Shown: in pieces, positions 44,742-55,222 of the stretch | Position numbering within the stretch: position 1 is the stretch's first letter | Layout: each line of letters opens with the position of its first letter | Assembly: GCA_025453395.1 (NCBI GenBank) | Contig: JALOQK010000002.1 | Coordinates: 85,625 to 149,624, forward strand | Direction of reading: 5' to 3' | Length of the DNA stretch: 64,000 nt | Source: Candidatus Omnitrophota bacterium | GTDB lineage: Bacteria; Omnitrophota; Gorgyraeia; Gygaellales; Profunditerraquicolaceae | The notes under the pieces: generated by a model | Seen by the model: the letters and a program-made list of their open reading frames with translations, nothing else | Database searches by the model: none | What the model was told of the DNA's origin: nothing | Position numbers and translations under genes: made by a program

Positions 44742-45407
44742 GTGAGAATGATATTGATGGGGCCCCCCGGAGCCGGCAAAGGCACTCAAGCTAAAGTCTT
44801 AGCTAAGCAGTTATCTTTGGCGCATATTTCAACAGGGGATCTTTTACGCCAGAATGTCGCCGATGGCAGCGAATTAGGCAAGAAGGCCAAGGAATATATG
44901 GATGCCGGAGCCCTTGTTCCGGATGAGCTTGTAACCGAAATGCTTATTTCGCGTTTTTCAAGATCTGATATAGCAAAAGGTTTTATTTTAGACGGTTATC
45001 CGCGCACCATTAATCAGGCGCAAAGCTTGGATGAAGTTTTGAAATCCAAGAATATGCCGATAGATTTAGTTGTGGATTTAAATACCAGCGAAAGAATGAT
45101 CGTGCAGAGGCTTTCCGGCAGGCTTGTATGCAGGAAATGCGCAGCTAATTTTCACAAGACGAATATGCCTCCAAAGAAACCGATGATCTGTGACAATTGC
45201 AATGGAGAACTTTATCAGCGCCCGGATGATAACGAGGCAACCATTATGAACCGCTTGGCGGTATACCGCAAAGATAGCGCGCCTCTTATAAAATATTACG
45301 CCGATAAAGGCAAGCTGCAGAGCGTCCCCGCTGACGGAGCGGCAAATGATGTTTTAAACATTGTGGTTGGAGTAGTCAAGAAATACAATGATTCCCATAA
45401 AGTCTGA
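44742..45407 (+). CDS. adk: adenylate kinase (zinc-lid type)
   Basis: 221 aa with a GPPGAGKGTQ P-loop and a CRKC..CDNC lid. Confidence 0.95.
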   Translation: MRMILMGPPGAGKGTQAKVLAKQLSLAHISTGDLLRQNVADGSELGKKAKEYMDAGALVPDELVTEMLISRFSRSDIAKGFILDGYPRTINQAQSLDEVLKSKNMPIDLVVDLNTSERMIVQRLSGRLVCRKCAANFHKTNMPPKKPMICDNCNGELYQRPDDNEATIMNRLAVYRKDSAPLIKYYADKGKLQSVPADGAANDVLNIVVGVVKKYNDSHKV

Positions 45408-46131
45408 AGCCCAGTTAGAGGCCTTAAGGCAGGCGGGAAAGATTTTAGCGCAGATCATAGAAGTTTTACGGCACGAAACACGCGTCGGGGTCACAACCGC
45501 GCAACTTGATAGATTAGCAGAAGACTTGGTCCTTGAAAAAAAAGCGCTTCCGGCATTTAAGGGGTATAAAGGTTTCCCCTGTGTTATCTGCGCTTCGGTA
45601 AACGAAGAAATAGTGCATGGCATTCCTTCAGAGCGGGTACTTCAGGAAGGCGATATCTTAAGCCTTGATATAGGGCTTCAATACCGCGGGTATTTTTCTG
45701 ATTCGGCAATTACCATCGGCATTGGTAAAATCTCCGCCAGCAGGAAAAAGCTTATTCAGATAACCCGCAATGCCTTGTCTGAAGGGATAAAAAAGGCTAA
45801 AGTCGGAGCGTATTTATTTGATATTTCTTATGCCATTCAGAATTACGTAGAGCGTAATGGATTTTCCGTGGTCAGGCAATTTGTGGGTCACGGGATCGGC
45901 AAGGATTTACACGAAGACCCGGAGGTGCCGAATTTCGGGCTGCCAAAAAGAGGGCCGGTTTTGAAAAACGGAATGGTCTTGGCGATTGAGCCGATGGTAA
46001 ACGCAGGAACTTGGGAATGCCGGATATTGGATAACGGATGGACGGCGGTGACCAAAGACGGAAAAGATTCAGCGCATTTTGAGCACACCGTGGCGATTAC
46101 CGAAAACGGACCGCAGATTCTAACAATATAA
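45388..46131 (+). CDS. map: type I methionine aminopeptidase
   Basis: 247 aa with a pita-bread fold and conserved metal ligands. Confidence 0.93.
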   Translation: MIPIKSEAQLEALRQAGKILAQIIEVLRHETRVGVTTAQLDRLAEDLVLEKKALPAFKGYKGFPCVICASVNEEIVHGIPSERVLQEGDILSLDIGLQYRGYFSDSAITIGIGKISASRKKLIQITRNALSEGIKKAKVGAYLFDISYAIQNYVERNGFSVVRQFVGHGIGKDLHEDPEVPNFGLPKRGPVLKNGMVLAIEPMVNAGTWECRILDNGWTAVTKDGKDSAHFEHTVAITENGPQILTI

Positions 46132-46135
46132 AAAT

Positions 46136-46354
46136 ATGGCCAAAGAAGAACTTATTGAGACAGAAGGCACCGTAGTTGAGACGCTTCCCAACGCGATGTT
46201 CAGAGTCAAGCTTGAGAACGGCCACATAGTTTTGGCGCATGTGTCCGGAAAAATGAGGATGCATTTTATCAGGATACTGCCCGGAGATAAAGTAAAGCTT
46301 GAGCTTACTCCCTATGATTTATCCAGGGGAAGAATCACTTTTAGGTCAAAATAA
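46136..46354 (+). CDS. infA: translation initiation factor IF-1
   Basis: 72 aa S1-like OB fold ([23 protein letters not shown]). Confidence 0.95.
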   Translation: MAKEELIETEGTVVETLPNAMFRVKLENGHIVLAHVSGKMRMHFIRILPGDKVKLELTPYDLSRGRITFRSK

Positions 46355-46379
46355 CCTTTTAGAACGAAAGAAGAATAAA

Positions 46380-46493
46380 ATGAAAGTCAAAGCTTCAGTA
46401 AAAAAGATTTGCGATAAATGTAAAATTATTAAACGAAGAGGCGTGGTCAGGGTCATCTGTTTTAATACCAAGCACAAGCAAAGACAGGGATAA
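46380..46493 (+). CDS. rpmJ: 50S ribosomal protein L36
   Basis: [37 protein letters not shown]; the ORF track's longer 46299 start overlaps infA. Confidence 0.9.
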   Translation: MKVKASVKKICDKCKIIKRRGVVRVICFNTKHKQRQG

Positions 46494-46523
46494 GCCTGTA
46501 ATATCAAGAGGAGTAAAAATAAA

Positions 46524-46922
46524 ATGCCGAGAATTTTAGGTGTAGACCTTCCAAAAGAAAAAAGGATTGATGTGTCGCTGACTTATTTATACGGCGTGGG
46601 CAAATATGTGGCAGGTCTTTTGCTGAAAGATGCCAATATCCCCCCTGAGAAAAGGGCCAAAGATTTGACTGAAGAAGAGGTTGGCCGTTTATTAAACGCC
46701 ATTCAGAAAAGTAAATACAAGGTGGAAGGTGATTTACGCCGGGATATTTCACAGGACATCAAACGCTTAATGGATATCGGTTCGTGGAGAGGTTTAAGGC
46801 ACAAAAGAGGGCTTCCGGTGCGCGGGCAAAGAACCCGCACTAATGCCCGCACAAGAAAAGGCCCGCGCAAAGGCGGATTGGCAGTAATCAAGAAGCCAGA
46901 CGCGGCGCCAGCTAAGAAATAA
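46524..46922 (+). CDS. rpsM: 30S ribosomal protein S13
   Basis: 132 aa S13. Confidence 0.95.
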   Translation: MPRILGVDLPKEKRIDVSLTYLYGVGKYVAGLLLKDANIPPEKRAKDLTEEEVGRLLNAIQKSKYKVEGDLRRDISQDIKRLMDIGSWRGLRHKRGLPVRGQRTRTNARTRKGPRKGGLAVIKKPDAAPAKK

Positions 46923-46943
46923 TTTTAGAGGAGGATAGTTTTA

Positions 46944-47333
46944 ATGGCCAATAAAGAAAAGGTCAAGAAGAAGAAACTTGCCAAAGGCATCACAACCGGT
47001 ACCGCGCACATTCAGGCAAGTTTTAACAATACCATAATTTCCATTACCGATAAACAGGGTAATGTTTTGGTTTGGTCAACCCCCGGCATCGTCGGTTACG
47101 GCGGGTCAAAAAAGGCTACTCCTTTTGCCGCTCAAGTTGCCGCCGCTGACGCGGCCAAAAAGGCCAAAGAAATCGGCCTTAAGGAAGTTGACGTTTGCGT
47201 CAAGGGTCCGGGATTCGGAAGGGAATCAGCCATCCGCGCTATTCAGGCTTCGGGATTGGTTGTTACTTGTATTAAGGATACAACTCCTATTCCGCACAAC
47301 GGATGCCGTCCGAAAAAGAAAAGGAGAATATAA
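46944..47333 (+). CDS. rpsK: 30S ribosomal protein S11
   Basis: 129 aa S11. Confidence 0.95.
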   Translation: MANKEKVKKKKLAKGITTGTAHIQASFNNTIISITDKQGNVLVWSTPGIVGYGGSKKATPFAAQVAAADAAKKAKEIGLKEVDVCVKGPGFGRESAIRAIQASGLVVTCIKDTTPIPHNGCRPKKKRRI

Positions 47334-47336
47334 ACA

Positions 47337-47963
47337 ATGGCTCGTTATACAGAGGCAGTCTGCCGTTTATGCCGTAGAAGTTCCGAGAAGCTTTTCTTAA
47401 AAGGCAATAAGTGTTTTTCAGAAAAATGCACGCTTACTAAAAGGGCTTTTCCCCCGGGAGACCACGGGCAGAATAGGCTGAAGCTTTCCAATTACGGCAC
47501 ACAGATGAAGGAAAAGCAAAAAGTCAAATGGATGTATGGGATGATGGAAGGGCAGTTCCGCCGTTATTTCCAGATTGCCTCGCATACTAAAGGCGTTACC
47601 GGCCGCGTTCTTTTGCAATTGCTGGAGAGAAGGCTGGATAATGTTATTTTTCGTTTAGGCCTTGCTTCATCAAGGCCCCAGGCCCGTCAGGTCGTGCGTC
47701 ATAACGCGGTATATGTGAATTCCAAAAGAGTGAATATTCCGTCTTATCTGGTGGAACAGGATGATGTGATTGAAATTAAGGTTAAGGAAGGTTTCCAGAA
47801 AGGCATCAAAGATACCCTTGAGCTTAATAAAAACAGAAGCGTCCCCACATGGCTTGATTTTGATGCCAGCAGTCTTAAGGCAAAAGTTAACCGGCTTCCG
47901 GAGAAAAACGATATTCCAGCAACAATACAGGAACAGTTGATCGTAGAATTATATTCCAAATAA
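47337..47963 (+). CDS. rpsD: 30S ribosomal protein S4
   Basis: 208 aa with a zinc-finger-like N-terminus (CRLCRR..C..C) and an S4 domain. Confidence 0.95.
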   Translation: MARYTEAVCRLCRRSSEKLFLKGNKCFSEKCTLTKRAFPPGDHGQNRLKLSNYGTQMKEKQKVKWMYGMMEGQFRRYFQIASHTKGVTGRVLLQLLERRLDNVIFRLGLASSRPQARQVVRHNAVYVNSKRVNIPSYLVEQDDVIEIKVKEGFQKGIKDTLELNKNRSVPTWLDFDASSLKAKVNRLPEKNDIPATIQEQLIVELYSK

Positions 47964-47978
47964 GAAGGAGTCAAATAC

Positions 47979-48971
47979 ATGGGAATTAAATGGAGAGATT
48001 TTCAACTACCAAACCGTTTAGAGTGTGATGAAGCCACTTACACAAATACCTACGGAAAGTTTTCTGCCGCTCCTTTTGAAAGAGGATACGGAGTAACTCT
48101 TGGTAATTCTTTAAGAAGGGTGCTTTTGTCTTCCATAGAAGGAAGCGCGGTTACTTCTATAAGGATCAATGGGGTACAGCATGAATTTTCAACTATCCCG
48201 TCAGTAATGGAGGATACTACTGAAATAGTGCTGAACCTGAAGAACCTGATCATTAATTCTCATTCCAAGATACCGAAAACCATCTATATCCGCAAAGATT
48301 CCAAGGGCGTGATCAAGGCAAGGGATATTGAGTCGGATGAAACCGTGGAGATCATCAATCCGGAATTGCATATCGCCACCCTTACTAAAGACGCGAAATT
48401 CCAGATGGAGATGGAAGTTGCCCGCGGCAGGGGTTATATGCCGGCAGAGATGAACAAAAAGGAAGATCATCCCGTAGGGACAATCGCGATTGATTCTATT
48501 TTCAGCCCGGTCAGGAAAGTAAACTATTCCATTGAGAATACCCGCGTGGGGCAGAGGACGGATTACGATAAACTGATCATCGAGATTTTTACCAACGGAT
48601 CAATTACTCCAAAAGATGCGCTTCTCTACGCCTCTAATATTTTACAGCGGCACATGGACATCTTTGTTAATTTCGGCCAGCTTCCCGAAGAGGATGATGA
48701 GCCAGAGGTAGAGATGAGCAAAGAGGAAACCGCCATTTATGAGAAACTGCGCCTTCCCATATCCGAGCTTGAATTGTCAGTAAGAAGCTCAAACTGCCTG
48801 CGTGAGGCCAATATCAAGATTATCGCGGACTTGGTCAAGCGCGGCGAAGATGAGATGTTAGGTTTTAAGAACTTCGGTAAAAAATCATTAACCGAGATCA
48901 AGGAACTTCTTGCAGGGATGGGCTTGAGTTTAGGTATGCAGATTGATTCCAAAAAATTAAAGAAGGCGTAA
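47979..48971 (+). CDS. rpoA: DNA-directed RNA polymerase subunit alpha
   Basis: 330 aa with alpha N-terminal domain and C-terminal domain. Confidence 0.95.
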   Translation: MGIKWRDFQLPNRLECDEATYTNTYGKFSAAPFERGYGVTLGNSLRRVLLSSIEGSAVTSIRINGVQHEFSTIPSVMEDTTEIVLNLKNLIINSHSKIPKTIYIRKDSKGVIKARDIESDETVEIINPELHIATLTKDAKFQMEMEVARGRGYMPAEMNKKEDHPVGTIAIDSIFSPVRKVNYSIENTRVGQRTDYDKLIIEIFTNGSITPKDALLYASNILQRHMDIFVNFGQLPEEDDEPEVEMSKEETAIYEKLRLPISELELSVRSSNCLREANIKIIADLVKRGEDEMLGFKNFGKKSLTEIKELLAGMGLSLGMQIDSKKLKKA

Positions 48972-48977
48972 ACACAC

Positions 48978-49547
48978 ATGAGACATAAGAAAGCAAAAAA
49001 TAGGTTGAACCGTTTTACCAGCTGGAGAAAAGCCACTTTAAAAAGCATGGCGCGTAACCTTTTTATCTATCAGACCATGACTACAACTTTAGCCAAGGCA
49101 AAGGCAGCCCGGCCGGTCGTGGAAAAGCTGATCACGCTTGCTAAAGAAGATACTCTATCCGCAAGAAGAAAAGCTTACGCGGTACTTTGTGATCACGCGT
49201 TAGTGAAAGTGCTTTTTGATGATATCGGCAAGCGTTTTGCCGATAGGACCGGAGGATACATCCGTATTCTGCACCTTGGCAAGCGCCGCGGGGATAATGC
49301 CCAGATGGCCATCTTTGAGCTTACCGAAATCAAGAAGAAAGAAGTAAAAAAAGTCAAGAAAGAGAAAGAGCAAAAAGCTGTTGAAGCCGATAAGAAGCAT
49401 GAACAAGGCCAGGTAATTGATACTGTTGCTGTTCAGCCACCCGTTAAGCCCAAACATGAGGAAAAGCCGGTATTGGAAAAGAAACCTCAAAAGAAATTCC
49501 TGGGCGGGATAAAGAATATATTTAAAAAAGAGCGCGATTCGCTATAA
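48978..49547 (+). CDS. rplQ: 50S ribosomal protein L17 with ~65 aa Lys/Glu-rich C-terminal extension
   Basis: N-terminal 120 aa is canonical L17; the tail is low-complexity and rich in K, E and P. Confidence 0.9.
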   Translation: MRHKKAKNRLNRFTSWRKATLKSMARNLFIYQTMTTTLAKAKAARPVVEKLITLAKEDTLSARRKAYAVLCDHALVKVLFDDIGKRFADRTGGYIRILHLGKRRGDNAQMAIFELTEIKKKEVKKVKKEKEQKAVEADKKHEQGQVIDTVAVQPPVKPKHEEKPVLEKKPQKKFLGGIKNIFKKERDSL

Positions 49548-49557
49548 ATTATATAGT

Positions 49558-50733
49558 ATGCGCATAGACACAAGATTAGCCGCTCGCATGGAGAAGATTA
49601 ATCCTTCTTCAACCTTGGCGATCACTTCGGCTGCTAAGAAACTTAAAAGCCAGGGGGCTGATGTTGTGACATTGGCCGCTGGAGAACCGGATTTTGACAC
49701 GCCGGATTTTATCAAGCAGGAGGCAATCCGCGCGATAGAATCCGGCTTTACCAAATATACTCCCACCACAGGCATCCCGGAATTAAAGTCCGCCATCTGC
49801 GATAAATTCAAAAAAGACAATAATCTAGAATATGCCCCTGAGCAAATAGTTGTTTCCTGCGGGGCAAAGCACAGTATCTTTAACGCTATTTTTGTTTTAG
49901 CCGAAGAAAAAGATGAAGTTCTAATACCTGTTCCTTATTGGGTCAGCTACCCGGAAATGGCCAGATTAGCTGGCGGCTCTGTGCGGTTTATTCCATCCTT
50001 ACCGGAGAATGATTTTAAACTTAAGCCCAAGGAAATAGAAAAATATATTACTTCTAAGGCCAAGGTTTTGATTTTAAACAGCCCCTCTAATCCTTCGGGC
50101 TGCGTCTATACCAAAGAAGAGTTAAAAGATATCGCCCGCGTTTGCGTGGAGAATAAAATATTTGTTATCTCTGATGAAATATATGAAAAGATAATTTTTG
50201 ACGGGGCCAGCCACTCTTCTATTGGTTCTTTTGGAGCTGATATATATAATCTTACCATCACCGTGAATGGATTTTCCAAAAGCCATTCCATGACCGGATG
50301 GCGCGTAGGGTATTTAGGAGCGCCCCTTGATGTGGCAAATGCCATTTCCAAACTGCAGGATCACACCACCTCCAATGTAAGTTCCATAAGCCAAAAAGCC
50401 GCCCTTGCCGCGGTTAAGGCCGACGATAAATTCTCAAAAGAAATGTGCGCTCAATATCAACAGCGCAGGGATTATTGTATGTCGCGTTTATCCGGCATGA
50501 AAAAAATAAGTTTTGTTAAGCCCCAGGGCGCCTTTTACATTTTCTGCAATATCTCTAAAAGCAAAATGGATTCTGTAACTTTTGCCCAGAAGATCCTTAA
50601 CGAAGAAAAAGTAGCTTTGATCCCCGGAGACGGTTTTGGCAAAGACGACTGCATCCGCATTAGTTTTGCCACAAGTATTGAACAACTAACCAAAGGGCTT
50701 AACCGGCTTGAGGCTTTCTTAAACCGAATATAA
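49558..50733 (+). CDS. class I pyridoxal-phosphate-dependent aminotransferase (aspartate/aromatic/alpha-aminoadipate type)
   Basis: 391 aa with a PLP-lysine region (GFSKSHSMTGWRVGY). Confidence 0.85.
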   Translation: MRIDTRLAARMEKINPSSTLAITSAAKKLKSQGADVVTLAAGEPDFDTPDFIKQEAIRAIESGFTKYTPTTGIPELKSAICDKFKKDNNLEYAPEQIVVSCGAKHSIFNAIFVLAEEKDEVLIPVPYWVSYPEMARLAGGSVRFIPSLPENDFKLKPKEIEKYITSKAKVLILNSPSNPSGCVYTKEELKDIARVCVENKIFVISDEIYEKIIFDGASHSSIGSFGADIYNLTITVNGFSKSHSMTGWRVGYLGAPLDVANAISKLQDHTTSNVSSISQKAALAAVKADDKFSKEMCAQYQQRRDYCMSRLSGMKKISFVKPQGAFYIFCNISKSKMDSVTFAQKILNEEKVALIPGDGFGKDDCIRISFATSIEQLTKGLNRLEAFLNRI

Positions 50734-50736
50734 AAT

Positions 50737-51990
50737 ATGCCGAAGACTGTCGCCGAGAAAATATTATCCAGCCATTGCGGTAAAGACGTTAAGGCGGGTG
50801 ATTTCGCGCTTTGCAATATTGATTTTACCTTTGGGCAGGATGGCACCTCTTCTATTATTATTGACCGGGTCAGGCAGATGGGTTTGTCTGAGTTAAAAAC
50901 AAAGTTTTGCATGGTCATTGATCATAGCGCGCCATCTCCCAGCGAAGGGGTATCGCGCGTGCATAAAAAGATGCGCGAATTTTCCTCAGAATTTAAGGCC
51001 TTTCTTTATGATATAGGATGCGGTGTCTGCCATCAGGTGATTCCCGAATCAGGCGAAATTCTCCCCGGAGACCTGGTTTTCGGAGCGGATTCGCATACCT
51101 GCACCTATGGCGCTCTGGGGGCCTTTGCTACGGGTGTCGGTTCCACAGATTTGGCCATTGCCTTAGCTACGGGGAAAAACTGGCTTAAGGTTCCCCAAAC
51201 CATAAAAATATCCGTAAAAGGGAAATTTCCAAAAGGCGTATTTGCAAAAGACCTGATTTTGCGTATAATAACAGATATAGGAGCTGACGGGGCTACTTAT
51301 CGCGCGGTTGAATTCTGCGGCAGCGCCATTGACAGCTTAAGCATGGACGCCAGGTTTACCATTTGCAATATGGCAGTAGAGATGGGGGCTAAAGCAGGCT
51401 TTATGCCTGTGGATGAGAAAACTGTTTCCTGGCTTAAGGCAAGATTAAAAGGCAAAAGAAAAATCCAGAAGATTGCCGCCGACCCAGGGGCAATCTACGA
51501 AAAAGTTTTGGAATATGATGTTTCAAGATTGAAACCCCAAGTATCGCGTCCGCACACCGTGGACACGGCTTTAGATATCACTAAATTCAAGAACGTTAAA
51601 ATTAACCAGGCATTTTTAGGCACATGCACAAACGGAAGATTAGAAGATTTAACAGTTGCCGCTAAGATTTTAAAAGGAAGAAAAGTTTCCAGCGGCGTGC
51701 GTTTGATAATCGCGCCAAGCTCAAGAGATGTTTTAGAAAAAGCTTTAAAAGAAAAAGTAGTGGATGTTTTTGTTAAATCAGGCGCGATCATCGTGGCGCC
51801 CGGTTGCGGGCCTTGCGTGGGTACTCACAATGGCGTGCCCGCAGACGGGGAAGTAGTCATCTCAACGGCAAACAGGAATTTTAAAGGGCGCATGGGAAAT
51901 CCAGCTGCCTTTATTTATCTGGGGTCAGCGGCAACGGTAGCAGCTTCGGCGGTTGAAGGCAAGATCGCTGATTGCCGAAAATATTTATAG
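50737..51990 (+). CDS. aconitase-superfamily dehydratase large subunit, LeuC/HacA (3-isopropylmalate dehydratase / homoaconitase) type
   Basis: 417 aa type-2 LeuC-like protein with cluster-ligand cysteines. Confidence 0.85.
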   Translation: MPKTVAEKILSSHCGKDVKAGDFALCNIDFTFGQDGTSSIIIDRVRQMGLSELKTKFCMVIDHSAPSPSEGVSRVHKKMREFSSEFKAFLYDIGCGVCHQVIPESGEILPGDLVFGADSHTCTYGALGAFATGVGSTDLAIALATGKNWLKVPQTIKISVKGKFPKGVFAKDLILRIITDIGADGATYRAVEFCGSAIDSLSMDARFTICNMAVEMGAKAGFMPVDEKTVSWLKARLKGKRKIQKIAADPGAIYEKVLEYDVSRLKPQVSRPHTVDTALDITKFKNVKINQAFLGTCTNGRLEDLTVAAKILKGRKVSSGVRLIIAPSSRDVLEKALKEKVVDVFVKSGAIIVAPGCGPCVGTHNGVPADGEVVISTANRNFKGRMGNPAAFIYLGSAATVAASAVEGKIADCRKYL

Positions 51991-51991
51991 A

Positions 51992-52062
51992 CACCCGGCG
52001 CAATTTGATGCGCCGGTGCGCAATTATCAGGCAACACCCGGCGCAATTTGATGCGCCGGTGT
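51992..52062 (+). other. two tandem copies (43 bp period) of a GC-rich hairpin CACCCGGCGCA-ATTTGA-TGCGCCGGTG between the dehydratase large-subunit gene and pilT
   Basis: 8 bp perfect stems with 6 nt loops read from the sequence; the second is followed by a pyrimidine-rich stretch. Confidence 0.55.
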
Positions 52063-52086
52063 GCCCTTTCTGGGCAAGGAGGACTA

Positions 52087-53133
52087 ATGGAAATTAGGGA
52101 TCTTTTATTGCAGTGTATTGAAACCAAATCATCAGATCTGCACTTGACTGAAAATGAGCCTCCGCTTTTACGTATTGACGGACGCATCAATCGCACCAAA
52201 AGTAGTATTCTGGGCAGAGACGATCTTAAGAAAATGATCTATAGTATTTTGACCAGCGCCCAGAAAGAAGTGTTTGAGCGCGACCTGGAGCTGGATTTAT
52301 CATTGGCGCTTCCCGGATTAGACAGGTTCCGGGTGAATGTGCATTTGCAGAAGGGTTCTGTGGAAGCAGCCTTTCGCCGTGTGCCTCTGGATATCCCCAG
52401 TATTCAGGATTTGGGCCTGCCGCCAATAGTTTTTGATCTGGCGCGCAAACCCAACGGTTTATTTTTAGTTACCGGGCCAACCGGAGTAGGTAAGACCACA
52501 ACTTTAGCCGCGATAATTGATTTGATCAATTCCGAGCGCGAATGTTTGATGATGACCATAGAAGACCCGATAGAATTTATCCACGCGAATAAGAAAAGCG
52601 TGATCAAGCAGAGGGAAGTTTACGCGGATACGCGTTCTTTTGCCGAAGCGCTTAAGCATACATTGCGCCAGGACCCTAATGTTATTGTGGTTGGCGAAAT
52701 GCGCGATCTGGAAACTATCTCTACAACTTTGACTGCCGCGGAAACAGGGCACTTGGTATTGGCAACTTTACATACCCCTGATGCTCCGCAGACCATTCAA
52801 AGAATTATAGACGTATTCCCTCCGCATCAACAGCAACAGGTTAAATTACAGCTTGCCGACTGTTTGCAAGGAGTTGTCTCGCAGTTATTGCTGCCCAAAG
52901 CTGACGGGCACGGAAGAGTGCTTGCCACAGAGATAATGGTTGCCACCGCTGGTATCCGTAATCTTATCCGCGAGCAGGAAGTTGAGCAGGTCCCGACACT
53001 TATTCAGACCGGGAGCCAATTCGGGATGAAGACCATGGATAAATGTCTGAAAGAATTATTCCAGCAGGGGCTTATTTCTTTGGACACTGCCATGTCTAAA
53101 GTCAAGAACGTGGAAGAATTCAAGCATCTTTAA
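52087..53133 (+). CDS. pilT: type IV pilus retraction (twitching motility) ATPase PilT
   Basis: 348 aa; start MEIRDLL is preceded by an AAGGAGG RBS. Walker A GPTGVGKTTT, Asp box VGEMRD and His box ATLHT are present. The ORF track's 52048 start is upstream and in-frame. Confidence 0.88.
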   Translation: MEIRDLLLQCIETKSSDLHLTENEPPLLRIDGRINRTKSSILGRDDLKKMIYSILTSAQKEVFERDLELDLSLALPGLDRFRVNVHLQKGSVEAAFRRVPLDIPSIQDLGLPPIVFDLARKPNGLFLVTGPTGVGKTTTLAAIIDLINSERECLMMTIEDPIEFIHANKKSVIKQREVYADTRSFAEALKHTLRQDPNVIVVGEMRDLETISTTLTAAETGHLVLATLHTPDAPQTIQRIIDVFPPHQQQQVKLQLADCLQGVVSQLLLPKADGHGRVLATEIMVATAGIRNLIREQEVEQVPTLIQTGSQFGMKTMDKCLKELFQQGLISLDTAMSKVKNVEEFKHL

Positions 53134-53147
53134 AAAGGAGAGTTTCT

Positions 53148-53648
53148 TTGCGTTTAGAAGGAAAGGCCATAAAGTTAGGCGATGATATCAACACGGATTT
53201 TATTATTTCCGGCCGCTACAAATTCGCCATTACCGATATGAAAGAATTGGCCAAGCATATTATGGAAGATATCGACCCAGCATTCCCATCCAAGATTACG
53301 CCCGGTCAATCTATCCTGGTTGCTGGAAGAAATTTCGGCATGGGCTCATCGCGCGAGCAGGCGCCATTGGTAATAAAAGAATCCGGAATAATTGCTGTGG
53401 TTGCTAAATCTTTTGCCAGGATATTTTATCGTAACGCTTTTAATATAGGATTAGCCCTGGTGGAATTGGATACTGATAAAATAAAAGAAGGCGACGCCTT
53501 AGATATTGATTTAGATAAAGGCGCTGCCAGGAATGTTTCATCCGGCGTTGATTTTAAAATCTCCCCCTTGCCGGAATTCATGCAAGCTCTTTTACGCGAA
53601 GGCGGAGTGGTAAATTACGTTAAAAAGTATGGCGAGTTAGAAATTTAG
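53148..53648 (+). CDS. aconitase-superfamily dehydratase small subunit, LeuD/HacB type
   Basis: 166 aa type-2 LeuD-like protein (swivel domain). Confidence 0.85.
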   Translation: MRLEGKAIKLGDDINTDFIISGRYKFAITDMKELAKHIMEDIDPAFPSKITPGQSILVAGRNFGMGSSREQAPLVIKESGIIAVVAKSFARIFYRNAFNIGLALVELDTDKIKEGDALDIDLDKGAARNVSSGVDFKISPLPEFMQALLREGGVVNYVKKYGELEI

Positions 53649-53695
53649 AATTAAAAAATAAAAATTCAAAATTAAAATACAAAATGCTGGTATAA

Positions 53696-54076
53696 TTGCT
53701 AATGGAAAATAAAGGGGCAAGTTTTCAGAGTAATTATGATATAAAAAACAGGACCTACGCTTTCTCGGTTAGTATTGTTAATTTTGTTTCTGATTTACCA
53801 AAAGATAACGCAACTCACATTATTTCTAATCAATTGTTGGCTAGTGCTACAAGTGTAGGTGCTAATGTTATTGAAGCGCAAGCATCAAGTTCACGCAAAG
53901 ATTTTACAAATTTCTTGAATCATTCTTTGAAATCAGGAAATGAGACAAAATATTGGCTATGTTTGTTACGGGATACTGGCAGAGCCGAATATCCTAAAGT
54001 CAGCAAGCTTATTAATGAAGTAACTGAAATTAATAATATACTTGGAAAAAGCATTATTACTTTACGTAATAAGTAG
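53696..54076 (+). CDS. four-helix-bundle protein (TIGR02436-like; '23S rRNA intervening-sequence protein' family)
   Basis: 126 aa; the segment SNQLLASATSVGANVIEAQASSSRKDFTNFLNHSLKSGNETKYWLCLLRD matches the family's hallmark. Confidence 0.75.
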   Translation: MLMENKGASFQSNYDIKNRTYAFSVSIVNFVSDLPKDNATHIISNQLLASATSVGANVIEAQASSSRKDFTNFLNHSLKSGNETKYWLCLLRDTGRAEYPKVSKLINEVTEINNILGKSIITLRNK

Positions 54077-54124
54077 CATTTATGTTTTTAATTTCTAATT
54101 TTTAATTTTTCATTTTTAATTCCT

Positions 54125-55216
54125 ATGCCCTACACCATTACTCTTATCCCAGGCGACGGAATTGGCCCGGAAGTAGCCAGGGCCGCGCAAGCTTGTATTG
54201 ACGCAACCGGTGTTAAGATAAGCTGGGATCAGGCGCAAGCCGGCCAAGACGCCTTAGAGCAATGCGGGGAACTTCTTCCTGAAGCCACCCTTTCATCTAT
54301 CAAAAAAAATAAAATTGCATTAAAAGGTCCGATCACCACTCCTATTGGAAAAGGTTTCCGCTCGGTGAATGTGGCTATTCGTCAGGCTTTGGATCTTTAC
54401 GCCTGCGTGCGTCCGGCAAAATCGTATCCGGGGGTAAAAAGCCTGTATAAAGATATCAATCTGGTGATTGTGCGCGAGAACAGCGAAGACCTTTACGCCG
54501 GTATTGAATTTGAGCAGGGCAAGCCCGAGACCGAAGAGCTTATCAAAAAAATAGATTCCTATAGTGTTAAGAAAATCCGCCCTGATTCAGGCATTTCCAT
54601 TAAACCCATTTCGCTTTATGCCGCCGAAAGGATCGTAAAGTTTGCTTTTGAATACGCCTTGGCAAATAACCGCAAGAAAGTCACCTGTGTGACTAAAGCC
54701 AATATCATGAAATATACCGACGGGCTTTTTCTGGCGGCGGCAAAGGGGGTTGCTCAAAGCTATGAAGGCAGGGTATTATTTGAAGAGGCCCTGGTGGATA
54801 ATATGGCAATGCAGCTTGTGCAAAGGCCGCACTATTATGATGTGCTGGTGCTTCCTAATCTTTATGGGGATATTCTTTCGGATCTTTGCGCTGGATTAAT
54901 CGGAGGTTTAGGAATTGCTCCGGGAGCCAATATCGGAGAAAAGATAGCGGTATTTGAGGCAGTGCACGGCTCTGCTCCTAAATACGCTGGTTTGAATAAA
55001 GTCAACCCTAGCGCGATGATCTTGTCCGGGGTTTTGATGTTGCGCCATCTTGGAGAAAATGAAGCTGCCAACCGCTTGGAACACGCCTTAAGCGCAGTAC
55101 TTAAAGAAGGCAGATTTGTTACCTATGATTTAAAACCGCATCGCGATGACCCTTCGGCAGTGGGCACAAAACAAATGGCAGAAGCGGTAATAAGAAAGTT
55201 ACATGAGGTTACGTGA
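54125..55216 (+). CDS. beta-decarboxylating dehydrogenase of the isocitrate/homoisocitrate/isopropylmalate family; substrate-site motif [18 protein letters not shown] resembles the isocitrate/homoisocitrate type more than LeuB
   Basis: 363 aa with [10 protein letters not shown] and a Ser-containing substrate loop. Confidence 0.8.
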   Translation: MPYTITLIPGDGIGPEVARAAQACIDATGVKISWDQAQAGQDALEQCGELLPEATLSSIKKNKIALKGPITTPIGKGFRSVNVAIRQALDLYACVRPAKSYPGVKSLYKDINLVIVRENSEDLYAGIEFEQGKPETEELIKKIDSYSVKKIRPDSGISIKPISLYAAERIVKFAFEYALANNRKKVTCVTKANIMKYTDGLFLAAAKGVAQSYEGRVLFEEALVDNMAMQLVQRPHYYDVLVLPNLYGDILSDLCAGLIGGLGIAPGANIGEKIAVFEAVHGSAPKYAGLNKVNPSAMILSGVLMLRHLGENEAANRLEHALSAVLKEGRFVTYDLKPHRDDPSAVGTKQMAEAVIRKLHEVT

Positions 55217-55222
55217 GGTTAA

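Noticed and set aside
47062-47400. 112 aa + strand ORF overlapping rpsK/rpsD in another frame
   Set aside because: Alternate-frame read-through of two conserved r-protein genes; proline/arginine-rich junk translation.
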